Made by a program: the position numbers and the translations under genes
Shown: piece by piece, positions 55,509 to 64,000 of the stretch
Numbering within the stretch: the first letter of the stretch is position 1
Layout of the letters: every line of letters starts with the position of its first letter
Source: an uncultured bacterium
GTDB taxonomy: Bacteria > Eisenbacteria > RBG-16-71-46 > CAZHEV01
Reading direction: 5' to 3'
Assembly: GCA_964531335.1 (NCBI GenBank)
Contig: CAZHEV010000013.1
Coordinates: 22,732 to 86,731 of the forward strand
Length of the DNA stretch: 64,000 nucleotides
The notes under the pieces: generated by a model
Database searches by the model: none
The model's input: the letters and a program-made list of their open reading frames with translations, nothing else
What the model was told of the DNA's origin: nothing

Positions 55509-56242
55509 AGCTCTGGATCGCCTTTTGGAGCATCCTGGGCAAGGACATGCGGACCTACTACCTGAAGCCGCCGAACGTCACGTGGGGGCTCATCTTTCCG
55601 CTGGCGTGGACGGGCATGTTCTTCATCAAGTCCGGAAGCGGTCTGGACAGCATACCGGAAGTGCTTCCGGGCGTGGTGGCGATCTCGGTCCTTTTCGGCA
55701 CGACGTCGGTGCTGGCGGTGACGGTCACTTTCGAGAAGAAGAGCCGCTCTTTCGAGCGGCTGTTGCTGGCGCCGATTCCGCTTGAGCTTCTGATGCTGGC
55801 CAAGACGAGCGGGGCGATTCTCTTCGGCGTTGTCAACGCCTTCGTGCCCGTCATCATGGCGGCCTTTCTCGCGGATCTGTCCCAGGTGTCATGGGCCGCG
55901 TTCGTCGCGGCGGTATTCATGATCGCGGTCGCATCGACCTTTCTGGGCCTTTTCATCGCTGTCGCGGTAAGCGAGGTGTTCGAGGCCCAGACCTTCTCCA
56001 ACTTCTTCCGCTTCCCCATGATCTTCCTGTGCGGGCTGTTCTTCCCGATAGAGAAGCTGCCGGTGTTCTTGAAGCCCCTGTCCTACGCGCTTCCCCTGAC
56101 CTACGGGGCCGACGTGCTGCATGGGGCCGTACACGGCCGGCACACCATGCCCTTTTCGCTCGACCTAGCCGTCCTCGGCGCGTTCTGCGTCGGTCTGTTC
56201 GCGGTGAGCCTGCGCAACATCAAAAGGAGCTGGATTGCCTGA
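55505..56242 (+). CDS. ABC-2 type transporter permease
   Basis: ATG overlaps ATPase stop (ATGA); six predicted TM segments. Confidence 0.8.
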   Translation: MKLWIAFWSILGKDMRTYYLKPPNVTWGLIFPLAWTGMFFIKSGSGLDSIPEVLPGVVAISVLFGTTSVLAVTVTFEKKSRSFERLLLAPIPLELLMLAKTSGAILFGVVNAFVPVIMAAFLADLSQVSWAAFVAAVFMIAVASTFLGLFIAVAVSEVFEAQTFSNFFRFPMIFLCGLFFPIEKLPVFLKPLSYALPLTYGADVLHGAVHGRHTMPFSLDLAVLGAFCVGLFAVSLRNIKRSWIA

Positions 56243-56267
56243 TCGCGCGGCCGGCGATGAATTCTTG

Positions 56268-56783
56268 ATGCAAGCCGCGGGCAGGGGCGATCTGGAGGCT
56301 TTCGAAGAGATCGTCCGGCGCCATCAGGCCTGGGCCTGGAGGGTGGCGTATCGATTTCTCGGGCATGAGGAGGACGCAGCCGACGTGGTCCAGGACTCCT
56401 TTCTGCGGCTTCTCGACGCCGGGAATCGTTATCGGCCCGCCGCTTCGTTCAAGACCTACCTGTATCAAGTCGTCTCCCGCCTCTGCCTGGACAGGGCGAA
56501 AAAGAAACGGCCTGTTTACGTGAAGGAAGTTCCGGAGATTGCAGATCCGAGCCCTCACGCCGATGAAACGATGGTTCAAGATGAAACCGCCGCGGCCGTG
56601 CGGGCCGCCCTCGACGCCCTGCCGCCCAGGCAACGCATGGCCGTTGTACTCAAGTATTACGAAGGGCTGAGCTACACGGATATCGCCGGGGCCATGCGGA
56701 TAACCGTCAAGGCCGCGGAGCGGCTTCTCGCCAACGCGAGACAGAGCCTCCAGTGGTCCTTGGCGCGCCTAAAGGGTGATTAG
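56268..56783 (+). CDS. ECF-subfamily RNA polymerase sigma factor
   Basis: Region 2 (DLEAFEEIVRRHQAWAWRVAYRFLGHEEDAADVVQDSFLRL) and region 4 (LDALPPRQRMAVVLKYYEGLSYTDIAGAM) motifs. Confidence 0.8.
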   Translation: MQAAGRGDLEAFEEIVRRHQAWAWRVAYRFLGHEEDAADVVQDSFLRLLDAGNRYRPAASFKTYLYQVVSRLCLDRAKKKRPVYVKEVPEIADPSPHADETMVQDETAAAVRAALDALPPRQRMAVVLKYYEGLSYTDIAGAMRITVKAAERLLANARQSLQWSLARLKGD

Positions 56784-56946
56784 CCGGAGGGGGGACTCCG
56801 TTTCCGTCGTTCTTCGGTCAGAGGACCTTTCGGTCACAGGATCTTATGGATTCGAGGGGGGAGGCGGATGGAAAACCGGCGATGGGGTGGATTTTTCGCG
56901 GGGGTTTTTCGGGAGTTATTCGTTTAAGGAGTGAGAGGTGATAGCA

Positions 56947-57447
56947 ATGTTCGCTTGTTCCAGACATCGAAAGCGCCTGGGAGCCTACCTGGACGGAGAG
57001 CTCTCGGGGCCCGAACGCGCATCGGTCGAGCGGCACCTGGAGACGTGCGAGTCGTGTCGATCGGTCCTGTCCGGCCTGAAGGAGCTGGGCCCGCTTCTGG
57101 GTGCCTTTGACGCGCCGCCCGTTCCTTCGGGGCTGACCGGGAGGGTGATGGCGGCCGCGGTGCGTCCCGAGCGCGAGGCGACGACGGTGGGCTGGAATCC
57201 GTTGAAATGGTGGCGTATGAGCTCCCGTCCGATGCGTTGGGCGGCCGTCGGCATGCCGGTTGCCGGCCTGATTGTCGGGTTCTTGCTGGGATGGACATCC
57301 GCGCCTCCGACTGAGCCTGCCACGGCCGGCGCACAGCCGGATCCACTGGAAATCTATCAGATTGACTACCTCGGCGACTCACCGGCGGGCTCGCTCGCGG
57401 ACAGTTACCTGGCCCTTGTGGCGGCCGGCGAAGAGGAGGGACGCTGA
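56947..57447 (+). CDS. Anti-sigma factor with zf-HC2 zinc finger and one TM segment
   Basis: N-terminal CSRH...LGAYLDGEL...HLETCESC motif; central hydrophobic segment. Confidence 0.7.
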   Translation: MFACSRHRKRLGAYLDGELSGPERASVERHLETCESCRSVLSGLKELGPLLGAFDAPPVPSGLTGRVMAAAVRPEREATTVGWNPLKWWRMSSRPMRWAAVGMPVAGLIVGFLLGWTSAPPTEPATAGAQPDPLEIYQIDYLGDSPAGSLADSYLALVAAGEEEGR

Positions 57448-57449
57448 CC

Positions 57450-57977
57450 ATGTGGAAGAAGATCGGCCCCTTGATGGTCATGCTCTCGATATCGCTCAAT
57501 GCCGTCTTCGTTGGAACCTGGGTGGTGCAAGCGGCCAGGGAAGGGGGGGGCGGACCGCGAGGGCACGGCCAGGCGTGCGAAGGTGTCTCGTGCCCGTTGC
57601 ATAGAAGCCTCGGCGTCACGGATGAGCAGTGGGGGCGATTGGAGCCTCGCTTGTCCAGGTTTCTGAGCGATTCGGAATCCCTTTGCCGGGATATTCGCCG
57701 CGCTCGCGGCGAGCTGATCGACCTGATGGCATCCGCTCTGCCCGATCGCGACGCGATCAGGGCGAAGCAGGAGGAGATACTCAGCGGCCAGCGCGGGATT
57801 CAGGATATGATAATCGCCCACCTGCTCGCGCAAAAGCGGACGCTCACCGAGGAGCAGCAAGCAAAGCTTTTTCAGATGATAAGAGAGAGATCGGGATGCG
57901 CCGCCGCAGGGGCCATGATGTTCCCCGTCTCTATCCCCGAAGTGGAATCCCGGGCGCCCGGGGAGCCGCGCGACTGA
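57450..57977 (+). CDS. Periplasmic LTxxQ-motif protein (Spy/CpxP/ZraP-like stress or metal sensor)
   Basis: RBS GAGGAGGG; signal peptide; LTEEQQAKLFQMI matches the LTxxQ motif. Confidence 0.6.
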   Translation: MWKKIGPLMVMLSISLNAVFVGTWVVQAAREGGGGPRGHGQACEGVSCPLHRSLGVTDEQWGRLEPRLSRFLSDSESLCRDIRRARGELIDLMASALPDRDAIRAKQEEILSGQRGIQDMIIAHLLAQKRTLTEEQQAKLFQMIRERSGCAAAGAMMFPVSIPEVESRAPGEPRD

Positions 57978-58139
57978 GCGGTGAATCTACCTTGGATAGG
58001 GCTCGGTCTACGCCGAAACCCGTTTTGCCGGGTTGACACCCCACTGTGTTTTCCCGGAGCTCCGTCGTGATCAAGACGTGAAGTTGTGTGAGAGAGCGTG
58101 CTACCGAGGCACGACACCAGACAGAAAGGAGGTGATGTA

Positions 58140-58502
58140 ATGAGAAAATTGTCTGTCTTTCTGATCGTCGCGGCTTTGACCGCGGGAGCCATCTTTGCGG
58201 TCCAGGCTTATTCCGGAAGCGGCGGCGACGCGGCGGTCGGTGCCGACGCGACGGCTTCGGTCCGGAGCGGGGGCGAAGTCACCGCACAGGCGGCGCACTG
58301 CCCGAAGCACGCCGACTGTCCTCGGGACTGTGAGGGTTGTCCGGGGAACTGTGAGGATTGCCCCGGGAACTGCACCAACTGCCCCGATTACGAGGACAAC
58401 GACAACGACGGCCGGTGCGACCATCAGAGGAAATGCCACTCCGCCGATTCGCGGAAGGGATGTTCGGGCCACGCAGGCGGTAGCTGCGGGCGGCACAGTT
58501 AA
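58140..58502 (+). CDS. Small secreted Cys/His-rich protein (putative periplasmic metal-binding)
   Basis: ATG 58140 with RBS AAAGGAGGTG; signal peptide; HCPKHADCPRDCEGCPGNCEDCPGNCTNCP...CDHQRKCH. Confidence 0.5.
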   Translation: MRKLSVFLIVAALTAGAIFAVQAYSGSGGDAAVGADATASVRSGGEVTAQAAHCPKHADCPRDCEGCPGNCEDCPGNCTNCPDYEDNDNDGRCDHQRKCHSADSRKGCSGHAGGSCGRHS

Positions 58503-58699
58503 AGGTCACGAGCGGCCGCGCCGACGGGCCGCCGTGATCGTACGAGGCTAAACGACGGGCACACCTCGGCGAGAAGCCGCGGTGTGCCCGTTCTTCGCCG
58601 CGCGGCGGGCTGTGGACTTGAGGACCGGAAGCTCAATCATGTCGAAGCCCACATGGGGGCCGGATCTTTGTTTGGTGCGCGTTGGGAGAATCAGCCTAG

Positions 58700-60091
58700 A
58701 TGAAAAGCATTGTGATTCTGATGTTGTGCGTCGCATGCGGTGGATGCGCCGTCATGCGTCCCACCGATCCTTACCTTCCCGTAAACTTGCCGGGCCATGC
58801 CACCTCCGCGCGCGCGCAGCCCGAATCGCCCCCCGATTTGCCGGAGGGAGCGATGACACTGCGGCAGGCTGTCGGGATCGCGCTTGCCAATAATCCGGAG
58901 GTCGCCGCGTCGGGCTGGGACGCCGCGGCGGCGGGGGCGCGTTTGGACCAGGCTTTCAGCGAACGGCTGCCCAGGCTGGGCGTGGCCGGCGGGTATTTCC
59001 ATCACCTCGATCCTCAGAGGGTTTTGCCCGTGGGCCAACCGGGCGATCCGGCCATATTGAGCGAAGACGTCGTCACGGGGGACATAGTCCTTTCCATGCC
59101 GCTTTTCACGGCAGGGAGGCTGACGAACCGGGTGAGGGCGGCCGAGCTTCTTCAATCGGCCGCGGACCACCGGCTCGCGCGGTTGCGCGAAGAGCTTGTC
59201 TTCAACGTTTCCAGCCTTTTTTTCGCCATTCTCGCCCAGCGGCACGTCATCGAGTCGCTCGAGTTTTCGAAGCGGGCGCTTGACGAGCACATAGAGCGCG
59301 TTGACGCACTCGTGAAGGCGCGGAAGGCGGCCAGGGTGGATCTGATGCGCGCGGAGGTGCGATTGGCCGACGTCGAGCAGCGTCTTGTCGGAGAGAAAAA
59401 CACGCTGACCGTTCAGCGCCGCGCCCTCATCAATCTCCTCAACCTGCGTGATGATACGGATGAGATCGTGCTGAAGGGAGAGCTGAAGTCTCAGGCGATC
59501 GCGCCTGTCCCGGATCTTGAGACCGCCCTTGCGGCCGCCGGGGGAAAACGGGACGACTATTCGGCCGCGCGGTCGGCTCTCGAGGCGCAAGCGCGGAACG
59601 TGGACGCGGCCAGAGCCGGACGCTGGCCGACGGTTTTCCTTCAAGGCGCCTATGGCCCGCGTTGGGCCGCCGGATCGACTACCGGCTCCGGAGACGAGCT
59701 CGGCGACGTGGGCCGTATCGGCCTGGCCGTGGAAGTGCCGCTTTTCGAAGGCGGAAGAATCGGCGCGGAGGTCCGCGAACGGCGTGCGGAGCTGGCTGCG
59801 GCGCAGAAGAGGCTTCGCAGGCTCGAGCTCCAAGTTCGGCTCGAGGTCGAAACCGCGTTGCTCAATGTGAGCTCTTCTCGGGAGCGCGTGGACGCCATCG
59901 GAAGGGCCATCACACAGGCGCGGGAGAGCCTTCGCATCGAACGCCGGAAGTACGACCTCGGCAGGGGGGCCATTGTGGACGTGCTGGACGCGCAGGCGGC
60001 CCTCTTGGAGACGGAGACCACTTACTACCGGGCGCTGGCCGAGCATCATACGGCGTTCGCCCAACTCAAGCTGGCAATGGGTGAAGAATGA
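58700..60091 (+). CDS. Outer-membrane efflux lipoprotein (TolC/CzcC family)
   Basis: Lipobox-like LMLCVACGGCA; TolC-like repeats. Confidence 0.8.
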   Translation: MKSIVILMLCVACGGCAVMRPTDPYLPVNLPGHATSARAQPESPPDLPEGAMTLRQAVGIALANNPEVAASGWDAAAAGARLDQAFSERLPRLGVAGGYFHHLDPQRVLPVGQPGDPAILSEDVVTGDIVLSMPLFTAGRLTNRVRAAELLQSAADHRLARLREELVFNVSSLFFAILAQRHVIESLEFSKRALDEHIERVDALVKARKAARVDLMRAEVRLADVEQRLVGEKNTLTVQRRALINLLNLRDDTDEIVLKGELKSQAIAPVPDLETALAAAGGKRDDYSAARSALEAQARNVDAARAGRWPTVFLQGAYGPRWAAGSTTGSGDELGDVGRIGLAVEVPLFEGGRIGAEVRERRAELAAAQKRLRRLELQVRLEVETALLNVSSSRERVDAIGRAITQARESLRIERRKYDLGRGAIVDVLDAQAALLETETTYYRALAEHHTAFAQLKLAMGEE

Positions 60092-61386
60092 AAAGACGTA
60101 GCGTACTGATATCTCTGGTCGTCGGCGTGATCGCCGCGTCGGTCTTTTTCCTTTTGCGCGCCGGGCCCTCCGGAGCTCCCGAATCGAGCCAGCCGGCAGG
60201 GCGCAGGAAGACCCCCCAGGTGCGCGTAACCACCGCGTCGAGTGCAACGATATCCCGCGCGTTGGAACTGACGGGCTCGGTGGAGCCTTACCGCGTCGCC
60301 CGACTCGCCTCGCCCGCAGAGGGTCCGGTTATCGATATCCGCGCGCGCGAGGGTGACCGGGTGACGGCCGGGGAGGTACTGCTCTCGATCGGTAGAAAGA
60401 GAGGAATCGACGCGCTGATAGCCTCGCTGCGGGAGGAACTCAAGAAAGATGAGGAGAACCTGCGTCGAACCGAGGCGCTCGTGCAAAGTGAAGCCCTCCC
60501 GGCCGAAGAGCTCGATCAAGCCAGGGCGTCATTCGAGAAGGTCAAGGCGCAATTGGTCAAGGCTGAAGAGGCGGCTCTTGATTACGCGATCGCGGCCCCC
60601 TGGGACGGGGTGGTTTCGCGAGTGATGGTCAAGGACGGCGAGTTCGTGGCGCCACGCGCGGAGTTGCTGGAAATGTACGATCCCGCCAGCCTGGTGATTC
60701 GCGCGGCGGTCCCGGAGAAACACGCCGTCGAGATCATGACCGGCATGCGCGTCAGTGTCATGTTCGACGCGTTTCCGGGGAAAGTGTCGGCGGGCAGCGT
60801 GGCCCGGGTCTATCCCTATCTCGACCCGCGCCTGCGCAGCCGGGCGGTGGAGATAGTGTTGGACCGAGCCATCGACCTTCTGCCCGGCATGTTCGCCAGG
60901 CTGAAGGTGCTTGTAGAGACCGTGGATGACGCCGTCGTCGTGCCGATCGAAGCGGTCGTCTCCACCCCCGGGGGCCCCGTCGTCTTCGTGATGGACGAGG
61001 GCAAGGCATCCCGGCGTTTGGTCAAAACCGGCATAGAGGAAGGCGCCCGCATTCAGATCGTCGAGGGAGTCCGTCCCGGCGAGAAAGTCATCGTCGCAGG
61101 GAACGAAAAGCTCAAGGACGGGGCCGCCGTCAGCATCGCCGGGGAAGCAGGCGAGGATGGGTCCGAAAAGGCGGTCGCGAAGCGCCCCGGGGACGGGATC
61201 AACCCCGGAGGCGGGATCGGTCCCGGTGACGAGATCGGTCCCGGTGACGAGATCGGTCCCGGAGGCGAGATCAGCCCCGGGGACGAGATCGGTCCCGGTG
61301 ACGAGATCAGCCCTGGTGACGAGATCAGCCCTGGTGACGAGATCAGCCCTGGTGACGAGATCGGTCCCGGAGGCGGCCGGCAATGA
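60088..61386 (+). CDS. RND efflux periplasmic adaptor with C-terminal (PGDEI[GS])n repeat tail
   Basis: ATG overlaps upstream stop (ATGA); N-terminal TM, coiled-coil and beta-barrel MFP core; C-terminal tail encoded by about ten 18-bp tandem repeats. Confidence 0.8.
   Translation: MKRRSVLISLVVGVIAASVFFLLRAGPSGAPESSQPAGRRKTPQVRVTTASSATISRALELTGSVEPYRVARLASPAEGPVIDIRAREGDRVTAGEVLLSIGRKRGIDALIASLREELKKDEENLRRTEALVQSEALPAEELDQARASFEKVKAQLVKAEEAALDYAIAAPWDGVVSRVMVKDGEFVAPRAELLEMYDPASLVIRAAVPEKHAVEIMTGMRVSVMFDAFPGKVSAGSVARVYPYLDPRLRSRAVEIVLDRAIDLLPGMFARLKVLVETVDDAVVVPIEAVVSTPGGPVVFVMDEGKASRRLVKTGIEEGARIQIVEGVRPGEKVIVAGNEKLKDGAAVSIAGEAGEDGSEKAVAKRPGDGINPGGGIGPGDEIGPGDEIGPGGEISPGDEIGPGDEISPGDEISPGDEISPGDEIGPGGGRQ
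61189..61368. repeat. 18-bp tandem repeat array (about 10 copies, consensus ggtgacgagatcggtccc) at the 3-prime end of the adaptor gene
   Basis: Direct reading; in-frame, no spacers. Confidence 0.9.
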
Positions 61387-64000
61387 AGATAACCCGTTTC
61401 GCCGTCCACCGCCGGCTGGCCACCGGCGCGATCGTCGTAGCCCTGGTGGTGCTTGGGCTCTACGGCCTGTGGCGGTTGCCGGTGGACTTTCTGCCCAGCG
61501 TCACCTACCCCATGATCAAGGTCCACGTTTGGTGGCGTGGGGCGACGCCGGAGGAGATAGACAAGAGCATCGCCGATCCCATCGAGCGGCAGATGGCCAC
61601 GGTGGACGACCTGGACTTCCTGGAGTCCTCCTCCATCGAGGGCATGTACACCCTTCTAGCCAACTTCAAGTACGGCGTGGACGTGAATGTGGCCTACCAG
61701 GACGCCCTGGCGGCCATGGCCCGTGTGGCGCGCGAGCTGCCGGAGGACATGGAACCGCCGGTGGTCATCAAGGCCGACCCGTCGCAACTCCCCGTCGTGC
61801 AGATGACCGTCAGCAGCGATCAATGGGATTTGGTCGAGCTGCGCAGGTGGGTGGATGAGTGGCTTCAGGATCAGCTCCTGGCCGTGCCTGGCGTGGCCGG
61901 CGCCGAGATCGTGGGTGGACTCAAACGGGAGATCCGCGTGCACCTCGACCCGCGGGCGCTGGAAAAGCACGGTCTGACCCTGCCCGGCGTGCTGAATAGG
62001 CTGAGGGAGGAGAACGTCGAGCAGTTCGCGGGTAGAGTCACCACCGGCCCGAAAGAGATCATCGCTCGGACGATCGGCGAATTCCGAAGCCTGGACGAAA
62101 TCCGCGATATCGTCCTGGCGGGCAGCGGCGCGGCCAAACTCCACCTGCGGGACGTGGCGGACGTCCTGGACGCCGCCGAGGAGGCGCGGGTCATCACGCG
62201 GCTGGACGGCGATCCGTGCGTCAAGCTCAGCGTGCTCAAGCAGGCGGACGCCAACACCGTCGAGGTCGCCGAGGCGGTCAGCCGGCGGATACGGGAGCTC
62301 GGCCCGGTCCTGCCCCAGGGCCTCCTGCTGGGCATGGTCGAGAACCAGGCCGACTACGTGAACGCCGCCCTGGCCGGCGTTCGCAACGCGGCCGTCGAAG
62401 CGGCCGTGCTCCTGATCTTCGTCGTGTACCTGTTTCTGGGCTCCTGGAGACAGGTCCTGGTCATGGCACTGGCGCTGCCCATCACGCTGATACTGAACTT
62501 CGGCCTGATGAACCTGGCCGGTTTCTCGCTCAACATCTTCTCTCTGGGCGGGTTGGTCGTCGCCATCGGCGTGCTGCTGGACAACTCGATCGTCGTAATC
62601 GAGAACATCACGCGCCGGCGGCGCATTAGGCCCGACGAGCCCGTCGACGAAGTGGCGGTGGACGCCACGGCCGAGGTCGGCCCCGCCATCGTGGCGGCCA
62701 CGCTGTCGTTTATGGCCTTGTTCGTGCCGTTCCTGCTGGTGCCGGGATTGACCAGCCTGCTCTTCCGCGAGCTGATCCTCGTCATCGCGGGCATAGTGGT
62801 CATCAGCCTGGTCGTGGCTATATCCGTCACGCCGATGGTCACAGCGACTATCTTGGACAGGCGCTCCTCTGTGACGCGCGCTCCGACGCGCTTCGAGCGG
62901 TTCTTCGACCGAGTGACGGACGGCTACGGCCGGGTGCTGGACCGGGTGCTGCGTGCCAGGCGCCTCGTCATTCCCGCCTTCGGCCTGATTCTTTTGGCAG
63001 CCGTGCTCTCGGTGGGCCGGCTGGGAAGCGAATTTCTGCCGCAGGTCGACGACGGCCGCGTCATGGTCAAGGTGAGGTTGCCCACCGGGGCGTCATTGAC
63101 CGAAACCGACCTGGTGCTGCGGCGGATCGAGCAGGCCATAGCCGGGGACGATCTGATCGAAAGCGCCTTCACTCTTGCCGGCGGCAGGGTGTGGGGCCTT
63201 TACACTTACGAGATAGGCAACGAGGGCGAGATGAACATCCAGCTCGTGCCCCGTTCCAAGCGTAGGCTTTCCACCGACGAGTACATAGCGCGCCTGCGGC
63301 CCATCGTGGGCAAGATTGACGTCCCCGGCGGAAAAACTATGGTGACTCAGATGAAGGTAAAGGGCATCCGTAAACTCGGGGACGCCGACATCGAAGTCAA
63401 GATCAAAGGTCCCGATATCGCTACGCTGTACGGGCTTGCCCGGCGCACGGTGGAGGCCATGAACGAGTTGGAGCATTTCACGAACGTCTATGTATCTATG
63501 GACATGACCAAGCCTGAGTATAAGGTGAGCATCGACCGGACGCGGGCCGCGGAGCTGGGAGTGTCGACTGCCGATGTCGCGGAGACCTTGCGATCGCTCA
63601 TAACCGGCGCGGTGGCCACTCGGTACCGCGAGGGAGACGAGTATTACAACATCCGGGTGATGGTCCCGGAGAGCAAGATCACGTCGCGCGGGGACGTCGA
63701 GAACCTGCCGCTGAGCTGCGCCCAGGGAGGTTACCTGCGGGTCGGGGACGTGGCCGAGGTGGCTCAGGCCGTCGGGCCGGTGGAGATCGTGCGTGAGGAC
63801 CAGGTCAAGCAGGTCATAGTACGCGGCGACGCAGCCGGTGTCAGCGTCGGCAAGGCCCTGGCGGAGCTTCAAGACGCCCTGGCGAAGGAGGGACGGCCGG
63901 TAGGCTACGAGCTCTCCTACGGCGGCCAGGCCCAGATGATGGCTGAGATGAAACGGACCGTTCTCGCCATTCTGGCCTTCGCGGTGTTCTTCTCGTTCAT
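61383..64000 (+). CDS. RND efflux permease (HME/AcrB superfamily), 3-prime truncated by window end
   Basis: Frame from ATG 61383 read open to the window end by manual translation (MKITRFAVHRRLATGAIVVALVVLGLYGLWRLPVDFLPSV...); RND-type TM and periplasmic domain pattern. Confidence 0.85.
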   Translation, partial: MKITRFAVHRRLATGAIVVALVVLGLYGLWRLPVDFLPSVTYPMIKVHVWWRGATPEEIDKSIADPIERQMATVDDLDFLESSSIEGMYTLLANFKYGVDVNVAYQDALAAMARVARELPEDMEPPVVIKADPSQLPVVQMTVSSDQWDLVELRRWVDEWLQDQLLAVPGVAGAEIVGGLKREIRVHLDPRALEKHGLTLPGVLNRLREENVEQFAGRVTTGPKEIIARTIGEFRSLDEIRDIVLAGSGAAKLHLRDVADVLDAAEEARVITRLDGDPCVKLSVLKQADANTVEVAEAVSRRIRELGPVLPQGLLLGMVENQADYVNAALAGVRNAAVEAAVLLIFVVYLFLGSWRQVLVMALALPITLILNFGLMNLAGFSLNIFSLGGLVVAIGVLLDNSIVVIENITRRRRIRPDEPVDEVAVDATAEVGPAIVAATLSFMALFVPFLLVPGLTSLLFRELILVIAGIVVISLVVAISVTPMVTATILDRRSSVTRAPTRFERFFDRVTDGYGRVLDRVLRARRLVIPAFGLILLAAVLSVGRLGSEFLPQVDDGRVMVKVRLPTGASLTETDLVLRRIEQAIAGDDLIESAFTLAGGRVWGLYTYEIGNEGEMNIQLVPRSKRRLSTDEYIARLRPIVGKIDVPGGKTMVTQMKVKGIRKLGDADIEVKIKGPDIATLYGLARRTVEAMNELEHFTNVYVSMDMTKPEYKVSIDRTRAAELGVSTADVAETLRSLITGAVATRYREGDEYYNIRVMVPESKITSRGDVENLPLSCAQGGYLRVGDVAEVAQAVGPVEIVREDQVKQVIVRGDAAGVSVGKALAELQDALAKEGRPVGYELSYGGQAQMMAEMKRTVLAILAFAVFFSF

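Noticed and set aside
1-64000. tRNA, rRNA, transposase, integrase or prophage genes
   Set aside because: No T-loop-like GGTTCGAATCC-type elements or rRNA-like stretches seen in intergenic regions, and no ORF resembles a recombinase or phage protein; a by-eye scan could miss divergent ones.

Overview
High-GC bacterial chromosomal segment, densely coding on both strands, probably from an uncultivated anaerobe (inference from gene content: Tad-like pilins, FlgD-Ig/T9SS-type C-terminal sorting domains, Fe-S and molybdoenzymes). Everything here is read by eye from the sequence and the six-frame ORF track; no search or computation was run. No rRNA, tRNA, CRISPR array, transposase or integrase was recognised. 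Layout: (1) 1-2.8 kb, minus-strand cluster of a NifX-like protein, a DUF5320-like protein, a Gly/Arg-rich zinc-ribbon protein and two ferredoxin-domain MinD-type ATPases, with a perfect palindrome upstream; (2) 3.1-8.3 kb, tryptophanase-family lyase, ilvE and a DUF3857/transglutaminase protein; (3) 8.5-13.2 kb, a co-directional DNA-end-processing cluster (LigD polymerase and phosphoesterase domains as separate genes, a short ligase-domain remnant between them, DUF72, a GHKL/Hsp90-type ATPase and a small ORF), with no intact ligase or Ku in the window; (4) 13.5-21.5 kb, Tad-like proteins and secreted beta-helix/cohesin-like proteins; (5) 22-64 kb, a composite metalloid/sulfur/metal island. The island holds an ArsR-headed nine-gene thiol-redox/YeeE/porin operon, an Rrf2-headed molybdoenzyme operon (ArrAB-D-like), arsC-arsM-acr3 abutting a decayed TauE gene, a sulfur-trafficking operon led by an ArsR-rhodanese fusion, two RND heavy-metal-type efflux operons each preceded by a small Cys-rich secreted protein, and an ECF sigma/anti-sigma module. 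The strongest candidates for undescribed biology are the ArsR-gated thiol-redox operon, the ligase-less GHKL/DUF72/PE/Pol cluster and the NifX/DUF5320 cluster. An in-frame TGA at a conserved Cys position in a DUF1573 gene and an 11-bp tandem duplication in TauE are directly visible in the sequence.
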